Below, in pieces: positions 29,336-46,032 of a DNA stretch of 64,000 bases. Numbering within the stretch: the stretch's first letter is position 1; each line of letters opens with the position of its first letter. This stretch comes from Psilocybe cubensis (Eukaryota): positions 2,480,001-2,544,000 of the forward strand of contig CM038998.1 in NCBI GenBank assembly GCA_017499595.2. Reading direction: 5' to 3'. Made by a program: the position numbers and the translations under genes. The notes below the pieces were generated by a model. It ran no database searches and was not told where the DNA came from. It saw only the letters and a list, made by a program, of their open reading frames with translations.

Positions 29336-30626
29336 TCAACCCTCGAGCTGCGTTGTAGAGTCCGATTCCAACATTTCCAAACGACATTCGTTCAAACTGA
29401 CAGATAGATGACGATGACTATCAGCGTCTAGCTGTCAACAGAACGACGGTTGGTTGCACGCACCATTTCTCGATCTGATACGCCGCTTCCATGCCCGTCT
29501 CGAACTCTTCCTCTGTCACTTCGCGGGACGAGTGCCGCGCCAGCTGGATCGCAGAGTCGTAGTAGTGCAGCGGCGTCATTCCGTCTTCATCCTTTGGCAG
29601 CAACGGGTTGAGGAACCGAAAGTGGTGCAACATCCGCGCGTGCGGCTTCAGCCGTGGGTGCAGCGGTATCACAACGTGCGCCAATTCGTCTACAGAAACG
29701 TCAATTAGCACGGTATTTTTTTGGGGGGGTAATTGAGAATTGGAAAAAAGTGACACGCTAAAACCACACTTCCCATGGATGTCCTGGGGGAGTGTGCAAC
29801 TGTCGATGCTTACTCACCGATATGCGGAATCGTGTCGAGGAGCGCGCGTCGGAATGAGACGCCGTTGTATTTGGTACCTGCGTGTGAGTTTGCGGGACAC
29901 CGTTAGCTACTCGTATTGGAAAAGCAGCAGACCAAGGTAACCGTCCCTCCCCACTTTCTCGGTGAAAAGGCGTGGATAGGGATCTCGTAGAGCAAAAAAC
30001 AACAACAACAACTCACCTGGTCTGCCCCATCCCTCGTGATATACGTTTTTGGGGAGAGATTCGAACGACACCAGACAGGCGCGGGTATATTCCTGCAAAA
30101 CGTGTTTGTGCACCGACTGATAGCGATAGCGATATGCATGTACGGAAAAAGAACGAGTAGCTCATTAGCGCTATGTTGATGAAAACCCAAAAGAGGAGCG
30201 CTCCGAGAGACGTATAAGAGCCGGCTACGTACGTCAGGTAAGTCATGTTTGCCGACCGAGCGGTAGGTTTTGGAGATGCGCTGGAGTTTGAGCCGCACGG
30301 CAACGCGACGCTTCACGCAGAACGAGGCTGAAGCTGCAAACTAGCGAAGAGAAGAGTCCGGGGTCGATGCAGAGGCACAAGATATACCATAAGAGAGCGC
30401 TCCAGAGTTGACATCAAGAAGCAACGAAGACACGTACAACGATGATGTACGACGCCCCAATCACCAACGCATTAAAGTTGTTCGTCCACGAGCGCCCCGG
30501 GGACGTCCGCACCGCTTGGGAGATGATCGCAGCGCAGGACAGACCAGTCGCGACGACCGCAACGAGAGCTAGGAAGACATAGGTGGCTTCAGATGCTGTC
30601 CTCAGCACACGCGAAGACAGTCGCAT
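29336..30626 (-). CDS. DLT1-like two-TM membrane protein
   Basis: Two N-terminal hydrophobic helices, KRRVAVRLKLQRISK, DLP and HEGWGRPG. Resemblance to fungal Dlt1 is from memory. Confidence 0.65.
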
Positions 30627-30982
30627 GAAGGTGCCGTGGGTCGGTGCAAGCCTTGTGCAAAGAACGTCACCACCTTGATCATGTAATATGCCTAAAATAG
30701 ATGCTCAATACTGCCGATGCAAAAGCTGATGATATTTTGAACTATGTGGTCGTTTCCGGCTGCTACAAAAAGGAACAGACGACCTGGCTATTGGTACATA
30801 TCTTTACATGATTTATACTTTTAACGCGTTACCAGCAGACGTCAAAAATGATCTAAACAAGTGCAAGGAAAACCGAGGAAACATAAAAATTTGAGAAAAA
30901 GAAACGGCCAGCGGGATGAAACGCAAAGGTATAAACTCTCCGTGAAGGAGACATTCCGAGCGTCGAAAGAACTTGCATGGAA

Positions 30983-32349
30983 TCAGACTTGGACGTTTTG
31001 GCTGCATAGATGCCATTCAGTCTCAGCTTCGGAGAAAAAAAGATGATATACTCACGCAAACTGTCCAACGATATTTCCTTGCTTCGAATACTCGCATACA
31101 AAATATTTAGCAGGCTATCACAGTAGTCAGTCATAACGAATCGTCGTCGAAAAGAAAGAACACACCCCAAAGCTAGCATCAAAGATACCATTGCAGGACT
31201 GGACGGCACATCCAACTTCAGACGTGCCTTTCCAAACGACCTGAGTAAAGTGAGATGCTACGGGGTTGCTGGGATTATAATCGGCTGTCACAATTTGTAA
31301 ATATCATGGCTTCATGCTTGTGTAAGCACCTGCAGATAACACTCACAAACTTCATCTGTCCAGTCTTTAATGGCCTGAGAGATCCCATAGTCTGAACCTG
31401 TGCCAGCAGCCAAGTTTTCTACATAAGAAGATACTTGAGTTCATGTTGGCCGTGGACAAACATAGAATGACGACGTACCACCGAATGGTCCAAGTGATCC
31501 ACCGGAATGTTGGAATTTACAACCATTGGCCCATTGCTGAGCCTTGGCTGCCAAACTGTCACTCCAGGTCAGTGGCGCAGCACCGTGCTGCGCTCTTATT
31601 GTGTTATGACCCGCAAGGTAGGCTTGAATATCTGCATTGGAAGTACCGCCACTGCTACCGGTGCTACCACCATTATTTGGCGTCTGTGTAACCTGAGGGG
31701 CCTGTGTAGTCGACGCCTTGGTGGTTGCAGGCTGCCGTGTAGTGATGACTGTTTCTACTTTAGTAGAGGTACTTTGAAACTGGGGCGGTCTTATTGATGT
31801 CGTGGGTTGAGGAACTACAGTAGTAGACGATCGACGAGCGGACGCAAGGAAACCTTGAGCAGAGACGGAAGGAGCAATGGATGAAGAGGACAAAACACTT
31901 GAAGAAGAAATAGCGCTGGATTTTGATGAAGTAGCGCTAGATGTCGAAGATGTCGTGGTAACCACGATTGTGGGGGTGACACTTTCTGTCTGCAGAGCTG
32001 TGCTTGTTGAAGGAATCGGTTGGACGGCAGTGGATGGCGTAGGAGAGGCGCTATCAGATATCAAGTTCATAAATTTCAAGAACAAATTAAATAAGTAGAG
32101 AATTACGCACACTGGAGAACCGCACGCTACAGATACCACAGAGTCCCAGTCGTTGATGTCGACCTTCTTGACCACCGAACCCCATGGGTCGGTACCCATC
32201 ATGCTCCCGGTCCAACCCCACTTCGACTTGCATATCGAAACACAGTTGGCAACCTGGTAATGTTTTCTGGCACATGCAGGCCCTGCGAGCCCGCTCGGAA
32301 TGAAAGGAAGAGCGAAACTCAGAGAAATTAACAAGCTGAGTCGCGTCAT
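30983..32349 (-). CDS. Secreted CAP/PR-1-like protein with N-terminal Cys-rich module and S/T linker
   Basis: Signal peptide, HNTIRAQHGAAPLTW, ENLAAGTG, HFTQVVWK and YVCEY..GNIVGQF. Confidence 0.92.
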
Positions 32350-32754
32350 AGTGAAGAAGGGAAAAATGAATGTGAGGTGTAAAGAAAGTAAGAAGTAAAG
32401 GAGAGATTGACAAAAACCGAAGCCTTTGCAAGGTACTGCAGCTTATACGAGGCAGGGCCTTGGTCTGCTTGGAATCGGAAAACAATTTGCAGTTGCCACT
32501 CTCCAACCTTTCGCCAGGCCGGTTGCTACGAGACCATCTGGTGGTCACGACAGGAATACGCTACAATCTGGCTGTAAAAGCTTAAAATATCACCTCACAT
32601 CGTACAACCAGGTGGGACAATAATGTGGGACATGGGGGAAATGTATACGGGACGGCGAGAAATCGAAAAAAGAGTTACATCAAGATGGCAGTCCCTTGGA
32701 AAGAGTCGTCAGGGACAAGCGCTTAAATAAGCGCGACCCGGCTTGCCTTCCGCT

Positions 32755-33373
32755 ATGTCTGATTCCGTCCCAAACCCCCCGTTCTATATACTTCTTGCCC
32801 ACTCTTCTCTATCCAATACACCTACTGCAGCACTATCGAACACACTGGGCCACCCGGCTATACAGTATCACTTTGCTGACGACTCTCCTGTGTCTCTTCT
32901 TCCGAGTCATCCTGACGAACATGTTCTGATTCTCACCTACGGCGGCAACTCATCAAAACCAACTGTTCAAAGTATCTCTGATAGACTAGCTGTTGTTGGA
33001 CTGAGGCGTGAAGAGGCCCCTGGGGCTTCAGCGGAGGATGAAACGGGAACGCGTAACAATACTATGTATATCATTGAAACAACGGGCAACGACCAGTACG
33101 TCTAATATTTCAACATTATAATATATCTGCACTCTAACGGCTATAAAGCCCCATGGCTGCTTCTCATGGTGATCGAAAGTCTGCACATGAGGTTTTGGCC
33201 CAATATAAGCAGCGGTACGTTTATATGTAGGCACGTCTTTTTACTGTAATCATCAATATCGCTGGAACAGGAATGCTATCCTGCGAAAGGCACTTCAGTA
33301 TCCTGCCAACGATCCACAAGATACTATTGCGTCTACCGAGACACCCAATTTGGTCCCTGCATCATCATCATAG
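32755..33373 (+). CDS. Small hypothetical protein, 3 exons
   Basis: ORF with LGHPAIQYHFADDSP, continued through two canonical introns to RNAILRKALQYP...SSS-stop. Confidence 0.7.
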
Positions 33374-33455
33374 GAGTTGTCTTGTACTTAAATATATTTT
33401 TGTATTTTCTGTTCCTAGAGCACCTGGTATCCGTACCATCGTATCAAACATATTA

Positions 33456-34451
33456 TCATCTCTTTGCTTTCTTGTTCCCTCGGGCCTTTGCCGCACCCCC
33501 TGCCTTACTAGGTGATGCTTGGGCGGGTTGATCAGCGGCTGCCATTAGAGAGGAGAATCTAGTCCAGAGTAAGAAGCGTAACAAGTATCTCAGTGGTTGA
33601 AATACATACCCAGACTTGAAATCTCCATTTTGGAATGCGTTCTGGATACTGCCCATCTTTCCTTGCTGTTCCTTCAACTCTTCAAGAGCTTCAGGGTCGA
33701 GGTTTTTCTACCAAGAAATATCAATAGAACGAAACGATCAATGGACGATTGATTTACGATGAGGTATGGCATGGCCAACATCATTACGCCGCCCCCGACC
33801 ATGAGAAGCATCATTGGATTTGCGAGCATCCCAGCTAGATTGAAACGTTCAGGAGGAACGAAGTACACATACTTCTCCCTCGGCGTCAGTGAAATGGGAT
33901 ATGGAAGGAAGATTGTAGAGGGCGGATCCATCGGGGTGCCAGCAACGTAGGGACGAACTTCAGGTGAAGTCGAGTTGGACACGTCTATCCGTACCTTTAA
34001 GGATATTAGCGTTAAGGTAATGTGTCCAAAGAACACAACGTGTACCTGGTCAAAGTAATAGTCATGGGCAAGGATTGTCAAGATGTAAGTTCCCCAAGGA
34101 ACATCCGGACTGTATGGCTAGGTGTAAGCACCTGACAGTCCTGAATACCTCAAATGAACCCACATTGTGAATTCTCCATTTCGTGTTATACCCCCAGTCA
34201 GAATACCTTCATTTAACGACACCTTTGCCTGTCCAAGAGCAGTGGTATCTGTAATGTATGAGCAAGAGGTAGACAATTAGAGACTAAGATGGGACAAACC
34301 CGGGCATTCGTCATTCCACAATACTTTTCCTGTTATGTCAAAACTGAAGACGACAACCACACTAAGAGAGGTATAAGCAAATCAATATCCAAGGTATAGA
34401 AAGCATTTACCAGGAAAGAAGTTGCAGCAAAAACAGTGATATCCGCGTCAT
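33456..34451 (-). CDS. EMC7: ER membrane protein complex subunit 7
   Basis: Signal peptide, G.F...DVPWGTY, VRIDV, YFVPPERFNLAGMLANPMMLLM and LDPEALEELKEQQ. Confidence 0.8.
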
Positions 34452-34595
34452 AGTTAAGTGTGAACTTTCGAGCGTCCTATCACGACGCGTTCTCCAACTG
34501 GAAACCCTCTGATCAACAGAAGTAAATACATGATGACCCGAAGACAGTTATGTCACATCTTTGCTTCTTCTACATCGTGTCTCTACTTCTACAAA

Positions 34596-35658
34596 ATGCG
34601 TCAAAAACGAGCAAAAGCCTACCGAAAACTCATGCATCTCTACTGTATGACCTTTGGATTTCGTCAACCCTATCAAATACTCAGTAGGGTCCCTTGTTCT
34701 TCGCCAATCAACATAAATTAACTTTATACATTCCAGTTGACTCTGAGATGTGCAAATCAGCAGTAGCCCAGAAGATCGACTTCGTCAAACAACTTCACAC
34801 TGTTTTACAGGGAGAAGTAAAGCCAAGTACGTTTCCTAACATTCCTTCCTTCCGTGACAATTAGGAAGAAACTGACTGCTATAACGGCAAAGCCGCTCTT
34901 TAGTGATCACGCAGTGCTGCATACACGAACTATATCTCCAAGGAAAGCAACAACAGCCAGCTGTGGACCTCGCAAAGACCTTTGAACGGCGGAAGTGCAA
35001 TCATCGTGAACCAATTGGCGGTGACGACTGTCTAGCGAGTGTCGTTGGTAGGAATCACATTATGCAAACTTTGTGATTGGTTAAACCACTTTAATTTTAG
35101 GGGACTCCAATAAGCATCGCTATGTCGTGGCTACACAGTCTCAAACTCTACGAGTCAAACTGCGTTTCATTCCTGGTACACCCATCATACACATCAATCG
35201 TTCTGTAATGGTACTTGAACCCCCAAGTGATACAACCGTGCAGGCAAAAGAAAGGGTAGGTTTTGTGCAGTATTCGATTACTGAAGTACCTGACCTCAAC
35301 TCTTTTACTACAGGCCGAGGACACAAAACTCCACGCTTCAGCGCCAGATCTTGCGCTAGTTCCTGTCACCGCTCCCGAGGAACGTAGGGTCAAACGCAAG
35401 GGTCCGAAAGGCCCTAATCCTCTTAGCGTTAAAAAGAAACAATCAAATGAGCCTACCAAACCTCCGACCAAAGCCCAACCTCCGACTGGTTCCAAAAGAA
35501 AGGTCGATGACGTTGACAGTGATCCCGAAGGAGAATCCATACCGGCCCAGGTATCTGCACCAACAGCCGCCTCAAAGAGAAGGAAAAGAAGACGAAAAAA
35601 TAAAGGCGCTGTAGATATGGATACACAGAGAGCTGAATCGGATAGTGTCAAATCATGA
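34596..35658 (+). CDS. UTP23: rRNA-processing PIN-domain protein
   Basis: MRQKRAKAYRKLM..FGFRQPYQIL, ITQCCIHELY, NKHRYVVATQ and KGPKGPNPLSVKKK. Confidence 0.95.
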
Positions 35659-35728
35659 ATGCATTGTTGAAATAGTATTACAATATAGAAGAAAGATTTA
35701 CATCAAGAACATGATACTCGAAACAACT

Positions 35729-37291
<1,563 letters not shown>

Positions 37292-37508
37292 AATAAACCA
37301 CCCAGCTAAGATTATCACTGCGTAGCATTGAACTGGGTCGAGGGTCGCCGTAGTTAATTATACCGCTCGCAAACGACTCAATAGTTTAACTGAAGTGTGG
37401 TTCAACGCAATCGATTGTCTGTACCGAGACATCTTATAATCTGCTTGAAGGCTGACAGAATTCAGAATGTATTTGATTGCTCTACTGAGAGAGCGGGCGT
37501 GTTTGGGC

Positions 37509-37636
37509 CAGTGGTGGCATAGTCGGCGACTTAGTCGGAATAGTCGCATGACTATGCGGCTTAGTCGGTTTTCCGACTAGACTAGACTAAGTTCCCAAAT
37601 ATAGGTCGATATGAAGTCATAGTCGGGACTTTCCCA
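37509..37636. repeat. TAGTCG motif cluster, probable transposon terminus remnant
   Basis: Starts CAGTGGTGGC. TAGTCG occurs at 37520, 37532, 37541, 37562 and 37620, and inverted CGACTA at 37574. Confidence 0.55.
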
Positions 37637-37906
37637 CGTTCAAATGTGCACTTCGTCACAGATTCATAGTCTGCATACATTTTGTCTTTGGTGCAGTAGC
37701 AGAGGAATAAATACCTTTGAGTGCACATAAATTGTAAATATACTCCAATCGGTGGTGAGCGCTTAACGCATCATCATCGAATTCCGAACGGGGAAGAGTG
37801 ATTGCCGTGACCCGGATCTCCGAGATTAACGGCATAGTCTCCCTTCTCGTTGTGACCATGAACACAAAGGTGTACATAACGGGCAGCATATCACTGTCAG
37901 GATACC

Positions 37907-40611
37907 ATGGCCTCCATAGGACGGCGCCAGATTGATACCAAGTTCCTGAACTCAGGGATTCTCAACAAATCCGCCTCGCAATCTTCCTCTCTGTATCAGA
38001 AATGTTCACTGTTGCGCGGAAGACTGCGTAGAATCCGCGGTTTCGCAGAACTATTCCCAGATGTGGTGGAATCACCATCTCGAGACCCAGTCGCCTACAT
38101 CTGGGACTTATTCTCAACGGGAACCCCCCTGTGCTACATATATGACCAGCTCCCTGCTGATGAAGGCTTCAAGAAAATCAATCATTACGCACTCTCCAAA
38201 CGTAACTATGAAACTGAATCAGAAACAAATCGCGCAAAGAAGCATGCCATTGCCCTCTTTGCTATGGAGCTTAGAGTGTCGAATATCACTGAAAAGATAT
38301 CTGGCTGTGAGATGTTTACTGTGACGGAGTTGTGGGACCGCCACTCAACTGATGGTTTGGTCAAGGTGTGTATCAAGCTGCTAATTCCGAATGCATTGAC
38401 ATCCTTATACGTTCGCAGGTCGTCGACACAGTCACCGCAATTGTAGATCATCTTCCACCGGAAGTCTTTGATGACGACGTTGCTTCTGAGGATCCTTCTA
38501 ACGCAGCAAATGTGCACGATGCCGTTCAACAGAATATCATTCGCGAAATGCTGGAAACGGAACGGAAATACGTTCAGAATCTGGAAGTACTGCAGGTAAA
38601 AATATGCTATTTTTGACTCCATCTATATTCAATACAATTTAGAGTTTCTCCAATGCTCTTTCACAAGGGAACATCGTCAGCCAGGATACGATACACCTAC
38701 TATTCCCTAACCTAAATAAGCTTCTCAATTTCCAGCGGAAGTTCTTGATCAGTCTTGAATTTACTGCTCAGCTTCCTCTACAAGTACAACGCTGGGGGCA
38801 ACTCTTTCTTGAAAATGTATGTCTTTCTACTGTAATGGTGCCTACTACCCTTTTCTAATGTTAACTGTTGTGCCTATCATTGTAGGAAGAGGAGTTCTCG
38901 GTGTACGAACCGTATTGTGTTAATTATAAACACGCAACTGAGTTAATGGTAGACCATGAAAGAGATTTATCCGTATGTACCTTTACAGTTTCATCAATGC
39001 AGTGTAGGCTTATGGGTAATCTCAACAGTCTTTCAATCATATTCTCAACGCCAAATCCGAGCTTCCTGCATTGTTACTTAAACCCATTCAACGGGTTTGT
39101 CAATACCCTCTTCTTCTCGAGGTCACTAGTCTGGTTTCTCTTAAATATGTATCGGAAAGCTGAATGCTTTGGGGCCTTACAGTCACTTGTCAAAGCACTT
39201 CCCCCGGAGGTCTACGAACATCACTACGAACTCATTCGCGCTTCAGAATCTGCCAAAAGAATTATCACTAAAATCAACGAGGCGCAAAGACGCAATGAAA
39301 ACCAAGAAATCGTCAAGGACCTCGCAGCTAGGGTCGCAGATTGGAAAGGGCATCACATCGAAAATTTCGGAGAACTCGTTCTTCACGAATCTTTCACGGT
39401 TACGAAATCGGACGTTGACCGAAACTATGAAGCTTTTTTGTTCGAAAAAATACTCATTCTCTGTAAAGAAGCTACTGCCCCTGTAAACAAAAGGAAGAAG
39501 AATCAGGCGATCCTAAAAAAATCTGTCTCAGTTGCTACCCCTCAGCCACAAAAGCCTCCCCTCTTGCTAAAAGGTCGCATCTTTATAGCGAACGTTGTAT
39601 CCGCAAAACCTACCACACGTTAGTATTGAACGTACTTTTATTTATTATTATGTCATCAAGCTCTTACATGTCACCCCCATTATGATAGCGAACCGGCCAA
39701 ATTCGTATCCCTTGGGTGTGTATTGGAAGGGAGATTATGAAGTGGAATCTTTTACAATGCACTGCCGACGAGAAGAACAGATGAAACAGTGGCAAACTGC
39801 TGTCACACGTTTGGTAACTGAAGCGGCTTCTCGTCGTATTCAGCTTGTAGCGGAACAGAAAATAAACGGCGTTATGCGCACACAAATTGGACCAACCCCT
39901 CATACACCTACATCGCTTTACTCGCTGAGTTCGGATTTTGCGACTATTGGCGGTAGAAATCGTTATTCAGCATATAATGAGGATGAAGAGTCAAACCACT
40001 ATGGACCCGATTCTGCATCAGAAGATGGAGAACTTGAGGAATATATCCCACCTTCTTGTCCCTCTTCTGGAAGAAGTACGCCTGTTGAAAGGCGCAGATT
40101 GTATAAATCGCGAAGCTTGTCCGCAAAGTTTTTGTCCTGCAAAAACCTCAATGGATCGCCGCTGGTGTTTGGCAAAATAACGCGCAGCAGGAGTTTCAGT
40201 GTACCATACATTGATACGTCAAAATCCACGGGGTCTCCGCGTGAATCCTCGCCCCCTACACCTGTCAGCTATCTGACTCTACTATCAACATCGCACGCAA
40301 TGGACAGAGAATGGCCCCCGCACTCGGAGGATTCAAAAGTCAACAAATTCAATCCATCAATTCCAATGGTCAAATTGAAAATCCGTTACTACGATGATAT
40401 TTTCATCATTCATCTCCCGAAGATGGTGGATTTTGCTGGGCTGTACGCTAACCTTGAAAGAAAGATTCGTCTTTGTGGACCGCGGAAAAGCACGGCACCG
40501 TTGCGCGTTAAGTATCGGGACGCAGATGGGGACATGATATCGCTGACTTCGACGGAGGACCTGCAGATAGCCCTTGACCATGAGCAAGTAATAACATTAT
40601 TTGTAACTTGA
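37907..40611 (+). CDS. CDC24: Cdc24/Scd1-like RhoGEF (CH-DH-PH-PB1)
   Basis: NKSASQSSSLYQKC, DPVAYIWDLFSTG, EMLETERKYVQNLE, DWKGH.IENFGEL, LLKGRIF, and PB1 VKYRDADGDMISL. Confidence 0.88.
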
Positions 40612-40752
40612 CCCTACTTCGTTCTCACTCACAACTCGAAATGTACTTAAATTTGTTTCTCAGATCTTTTGCCATATGTTATGTATATGCCTCTATTTTG
40701 CTCGATGTTTTACTGACTGTAATTGTACAATGTAACTAATTATCCGAAAACA

Positions 40753-42107
<1,355 letters not shown>

Positions 42108-42257
42108 AGGTATATTGAGCAGAATGCGTCCCTACATTGCGAACGTGCAACAGGATAGAGGAGAACTTGAAAAGCATCATTGACCACGTGCTCAAAAAAA
42201 GTTTGGCCGGGGCGCTGCCGCTCTTGCGGTCTTTGACTAGCTATTCTTCACTTCACC

Positions 42258-43214
42258 ATGACTTCAGAGTGGTTGACCCCTTCAACACGGTCAGAGCTCA
42301 TCGAGAACCTCGTCTCTGGAGTCGGTTTGTCTTTCTGGTTTGTTGGTGTCAGGATTCATGCTTATTGGATGACTCAGACCGTTACAATCCTTCAAACGTC
42401 AGTATACTAGAAGATTATCTCTATCACCAAATCAGAAGTGAAGAGTACGATTGTCTGGCCAACTTGGCCATTTTAAAGCTGTGCGTACTCGATGCACCTT
42501 GTTCCTTGCGTTGTTAATTCGTTGACTGCCCGTTGCAGATACCAATTTAACCCAGAGCTTTACAACCCAGATGTTGTCATCAACATCCTTATAAAAGCAC
42601 TCACAGCATCCCCCCTCCCCGATTTCAACCTCTGTATATCTCTTCTCGATGAAAGACCATTGAATGCTCAACTTGACGAACCTGATCCACTTCCCACTGT
42701 CCTTCCCATTCTCAAAGGTCTCCACAGCCTTCTTTTCCGCTGCCGCTTCCCTGCTTTCTGGGAGATTTACCAATCTGCTGAACTCGAAAACCTTCGGGAC
42801 AATTATACCGTTGAGGTGGCAGGATTCGAGGATGCCGTTCGTGCCGTAGCTATTCGTGCTGTCAGAGCCACCTTCACTAGGATCAGTTCAGAGAGACTAG
42901 GATCATATCTGAACCTTTCTAGTAAGATTGCCTTTATTTCTCTCGTCCTTTGTTCAATGTGTTATCTTTTCTAATACCGTATCATAGGTTCTGATCTGAT
43001 TGCCTACATTCAGAAATTGGGATGGCCTGTTGACTCCTCAACCTCGGTTGTAACAATACCGCCAAACCCAGACAACCAAATTGAGGCAACAGTTGTGCAA
43101 GAAAGCGTCAAGCTTCCTCGTACGCATACTTATCTTTTTTGTGTGTCGCTAATTTAATTGAACATCTTTCTAGAATTGACCAAGATCATCGCTCACTCGG
43201 TCGCCAAGGCATAA
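42258..43214 (+). CDS. eIF3k: Translation initiation factor 3 subunit K
   Basis: DRYNPSNVSILEDYL, YDCLANLAILKLYQFNP and PLPDFNLCISLL. Confidence 0.93.
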
Positions 43215-43316
43215 ATTGGCATAAAATTTTATGCATACGCAGTATTTACATTTAGTACGCGCTGTTGTCGTAGTGGATGTAGTATCTTCTTCAAATAGTC
43301 CACAATGCACTGTTTA

Positions 43317-45710
43317 TCACGCGTCTAAAAAGGCTGCGGCAGTTCCCCAGATCGCCATCGTAACTCCTGAAACAATAATTGTCCCGTCAAACCAACCACA
43401 CCTCCCATCGATAACGACCTTTGCCATGACTGGCCCCACAATCGACAGCATGAAAGCAGAAAAGGATCCAAGGAACGCCATCATTGAACTAAATTCTGGC
43501 ACTGCAACTGATACGGCCACAGCGAGTGTAGTCAAGAAGATGCGTTGCAGAATTGCTAACACACGTTTTAGTCCAAAGTTTGAACTTCCGGGTGCCACAG
43601 ATAAACCATCAGGTTTATCTACTAGGTCTTCTGGAGACGAGATAGGCGTGTCAATCCCGAGCAGTATTTCAACAGTAGTGTTCAGCTAGAAATAATGTTA
43701 CTTGTGTTTCTTTTTTGGTAGAAAAAACAACAAACCGGTTGGGTATTCAGAGCAAATTTTGACCTGTAAAATCACTCTTAAGCAATGATCCAGAGACTGA
43801 AACGAGAAAGCTCACAATGGACTCAAAACTAGCATCCATAGGCAGAGTGTATTAAGGAAGGGGTTATATCCGGGAGTGGATAGCAGATTTAAGCTGATCT
43901 TTATTGATATGTTTGTAAATGCCATTCAATATGGAAAGTCATTCTCACCTCGTCGCTGACGTCGTTACCAAACATCATATAACCAGCATACCCAATTAAT
44001 GCATATATAGAAGTAGCGACCACCTGTGTTAGTCAAAGATTAAACAGGTGAATACTCAGCAATCATAAGTTACGTACGAAGGCCCAGTTTATCATGGTGT
44101 CGAATCTACTGGGATCTATCATATCCCTCGCCAAAGATGGTATCACGGCGTGTCCAGCAAACTGATATAGAATAAGTCTCAAAGTCATCGACGTAATAAA
44201 ATACGTCACTCACCCCAGCCATGAATAAACCGAATGCTATACCCAACTTATTGAAGCTCTTCACCCCGAAATCCGTTTCTGCTGGTGACCAGAGGCTTCC
44301 AGGAGCTTCCTTTTTCGAAATTCCATCTATTAATATCACAAAAGTGAGGAGGACTGTCGAAACAATGCCCAGAATTGAGGTGTATGATAAGAGAGATAGG
44401 GGGAGAAATACGGTGGGAATGAGCCTAGAGATCCATTGGATCAGCAAGAATAATCAGAACAGCTTGAACGTTGTAATTACAGAAAAGTGCCCCAAATTTT
44501 GAAAGTGTTTGCTGGATATTCGGGCATTAAAGAATGCAAAGAGTCGCCATATAGTGTGATAAGAACCACGCTGCCAATAAGAGATAAGAACCAAATAAAT
44601 GGGCATAAATTCTTGACGAGAAGCGATGTCCCACCTGACGGCGAAGAGCTCAAGGCAAAACATCCCACTAATGAACGGAGTTACTTTGGGACCGAACGCC
44701 TTCCTGCCGATATCTGAATAAGAGCGAATGCGAGGGTCTGAAAGTATGATTCGAGCGAGAATTTTAGCTCTATGTTCGCAGTTAGTACGAAATATAAACC
44801 ACGCAAAGGAAGTCGAGAGTGGTCTTACGTATAACATGCTACAAACCCATAGGATATGATCAAAAGAGTCCCAACTGCCCAGCCAGAGTAGGCGAACGCA
44901 AGGGGTTCCGATAACATGCCAATACCCAATAAAATTGCGATAGAATTGAACAACTGTATAAATATGATTTATTCAGCGCCCTGATTCATGAAAAGAGATG
45001 AAAGACCACACCGTCTGTCCAAACGTGCTCTGTCCACCCCACTGGCGATGCAAACCTTTGCTCGCGGCTGATGAGGTAGAGAGGCGACGGCGGGATGCTG
45101 ACGACACCTCATCGACCGAAGTTTGTGGTAGCAAATCTTTTGCAGGAAAACCGGGCTCAACGGTGCGATATGGACGTGGAAGAGCGGAGAAAGAAACTTT
45201 TTTGGCTAGTAAGGGGGTATCCTCGCGCACGTTTGAAGGCCCAGATAGCTGAAGGCGTTGAATGGAAAGAGGTTGGCGAAGACGTCTGTCAGACAGTATA
45301 GATGTCTGTTCCCTCAATGATGCATGTCTTGTTGATTCATTATCTTCTTCATCCCAGTTCAGCTGACCGATAAAGGAATCGTCGCGTCCCCGGGGCTCTC
45401 CAGAGGGCGTCGCGTCCAACTCCTGGTCTTCGACATCAGAGTCTTCGTTTTCCAAACGGAAAGATCTTTGAGCTTCTTCATCATCCTCATCATCATATTC
45501 AAGGTCTGAAGCGTCGGAAGATGCAACAGTGGAGCCAGCGACAAGGTATTGGGCACGTCGGTCTTGAGGGATCAAATAAAGTTGGAGGTGAGTAGTGCAA
45601 AAGGTTGGAACGTTCAAAGGTCACAACTCACATGATTGAATTGCATCCCTGACACTGACCCTCGCGCTGGAGGCAGACCCGACTACGAACGACGGAGAAA
45701 AGGACGACAT
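43317..45710 (-). CDS. Vacuolar amino acid transporter, AVT1-like (AAAP family)
   Basis: [44 protein letters not shown] and FAGHAVIPSL. Confidence 0.9.
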
Positions 45711-46032
45711 GTGCAATCTAAGTCGCTCCGCGTCCAAAGTCTTTAACCGTTTATATACTCACTACTTACTTATCATTTTATTGCTTGAGAATTTCTTCGA
45801 CATGATCCGGTGATTTGGCTTCGATCACCAATGAAAAACAAATTGCTTCTTTATCGCCATCAAATTGACGAGAACACCGTATTCCCCACTCTACCGCCTG
45901 TAAGGGTGCTATTAATTCTTCATATTGTCATAAACATATGGCTAAGTCTTATTCTATCTTACTGATTGTATATATATTGTGGGTTGTAATTTTGTATGTA
46001 GAATGTGAGATGGCGATGCCAAGAAAAAACGT

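Noticed and set aside
37509-37636. CRISPR-like or telomeric array
   Set aside because: The units are 6-9 bp, irregularly spaced and in mixed orientation, in a eukaryotic internal context.
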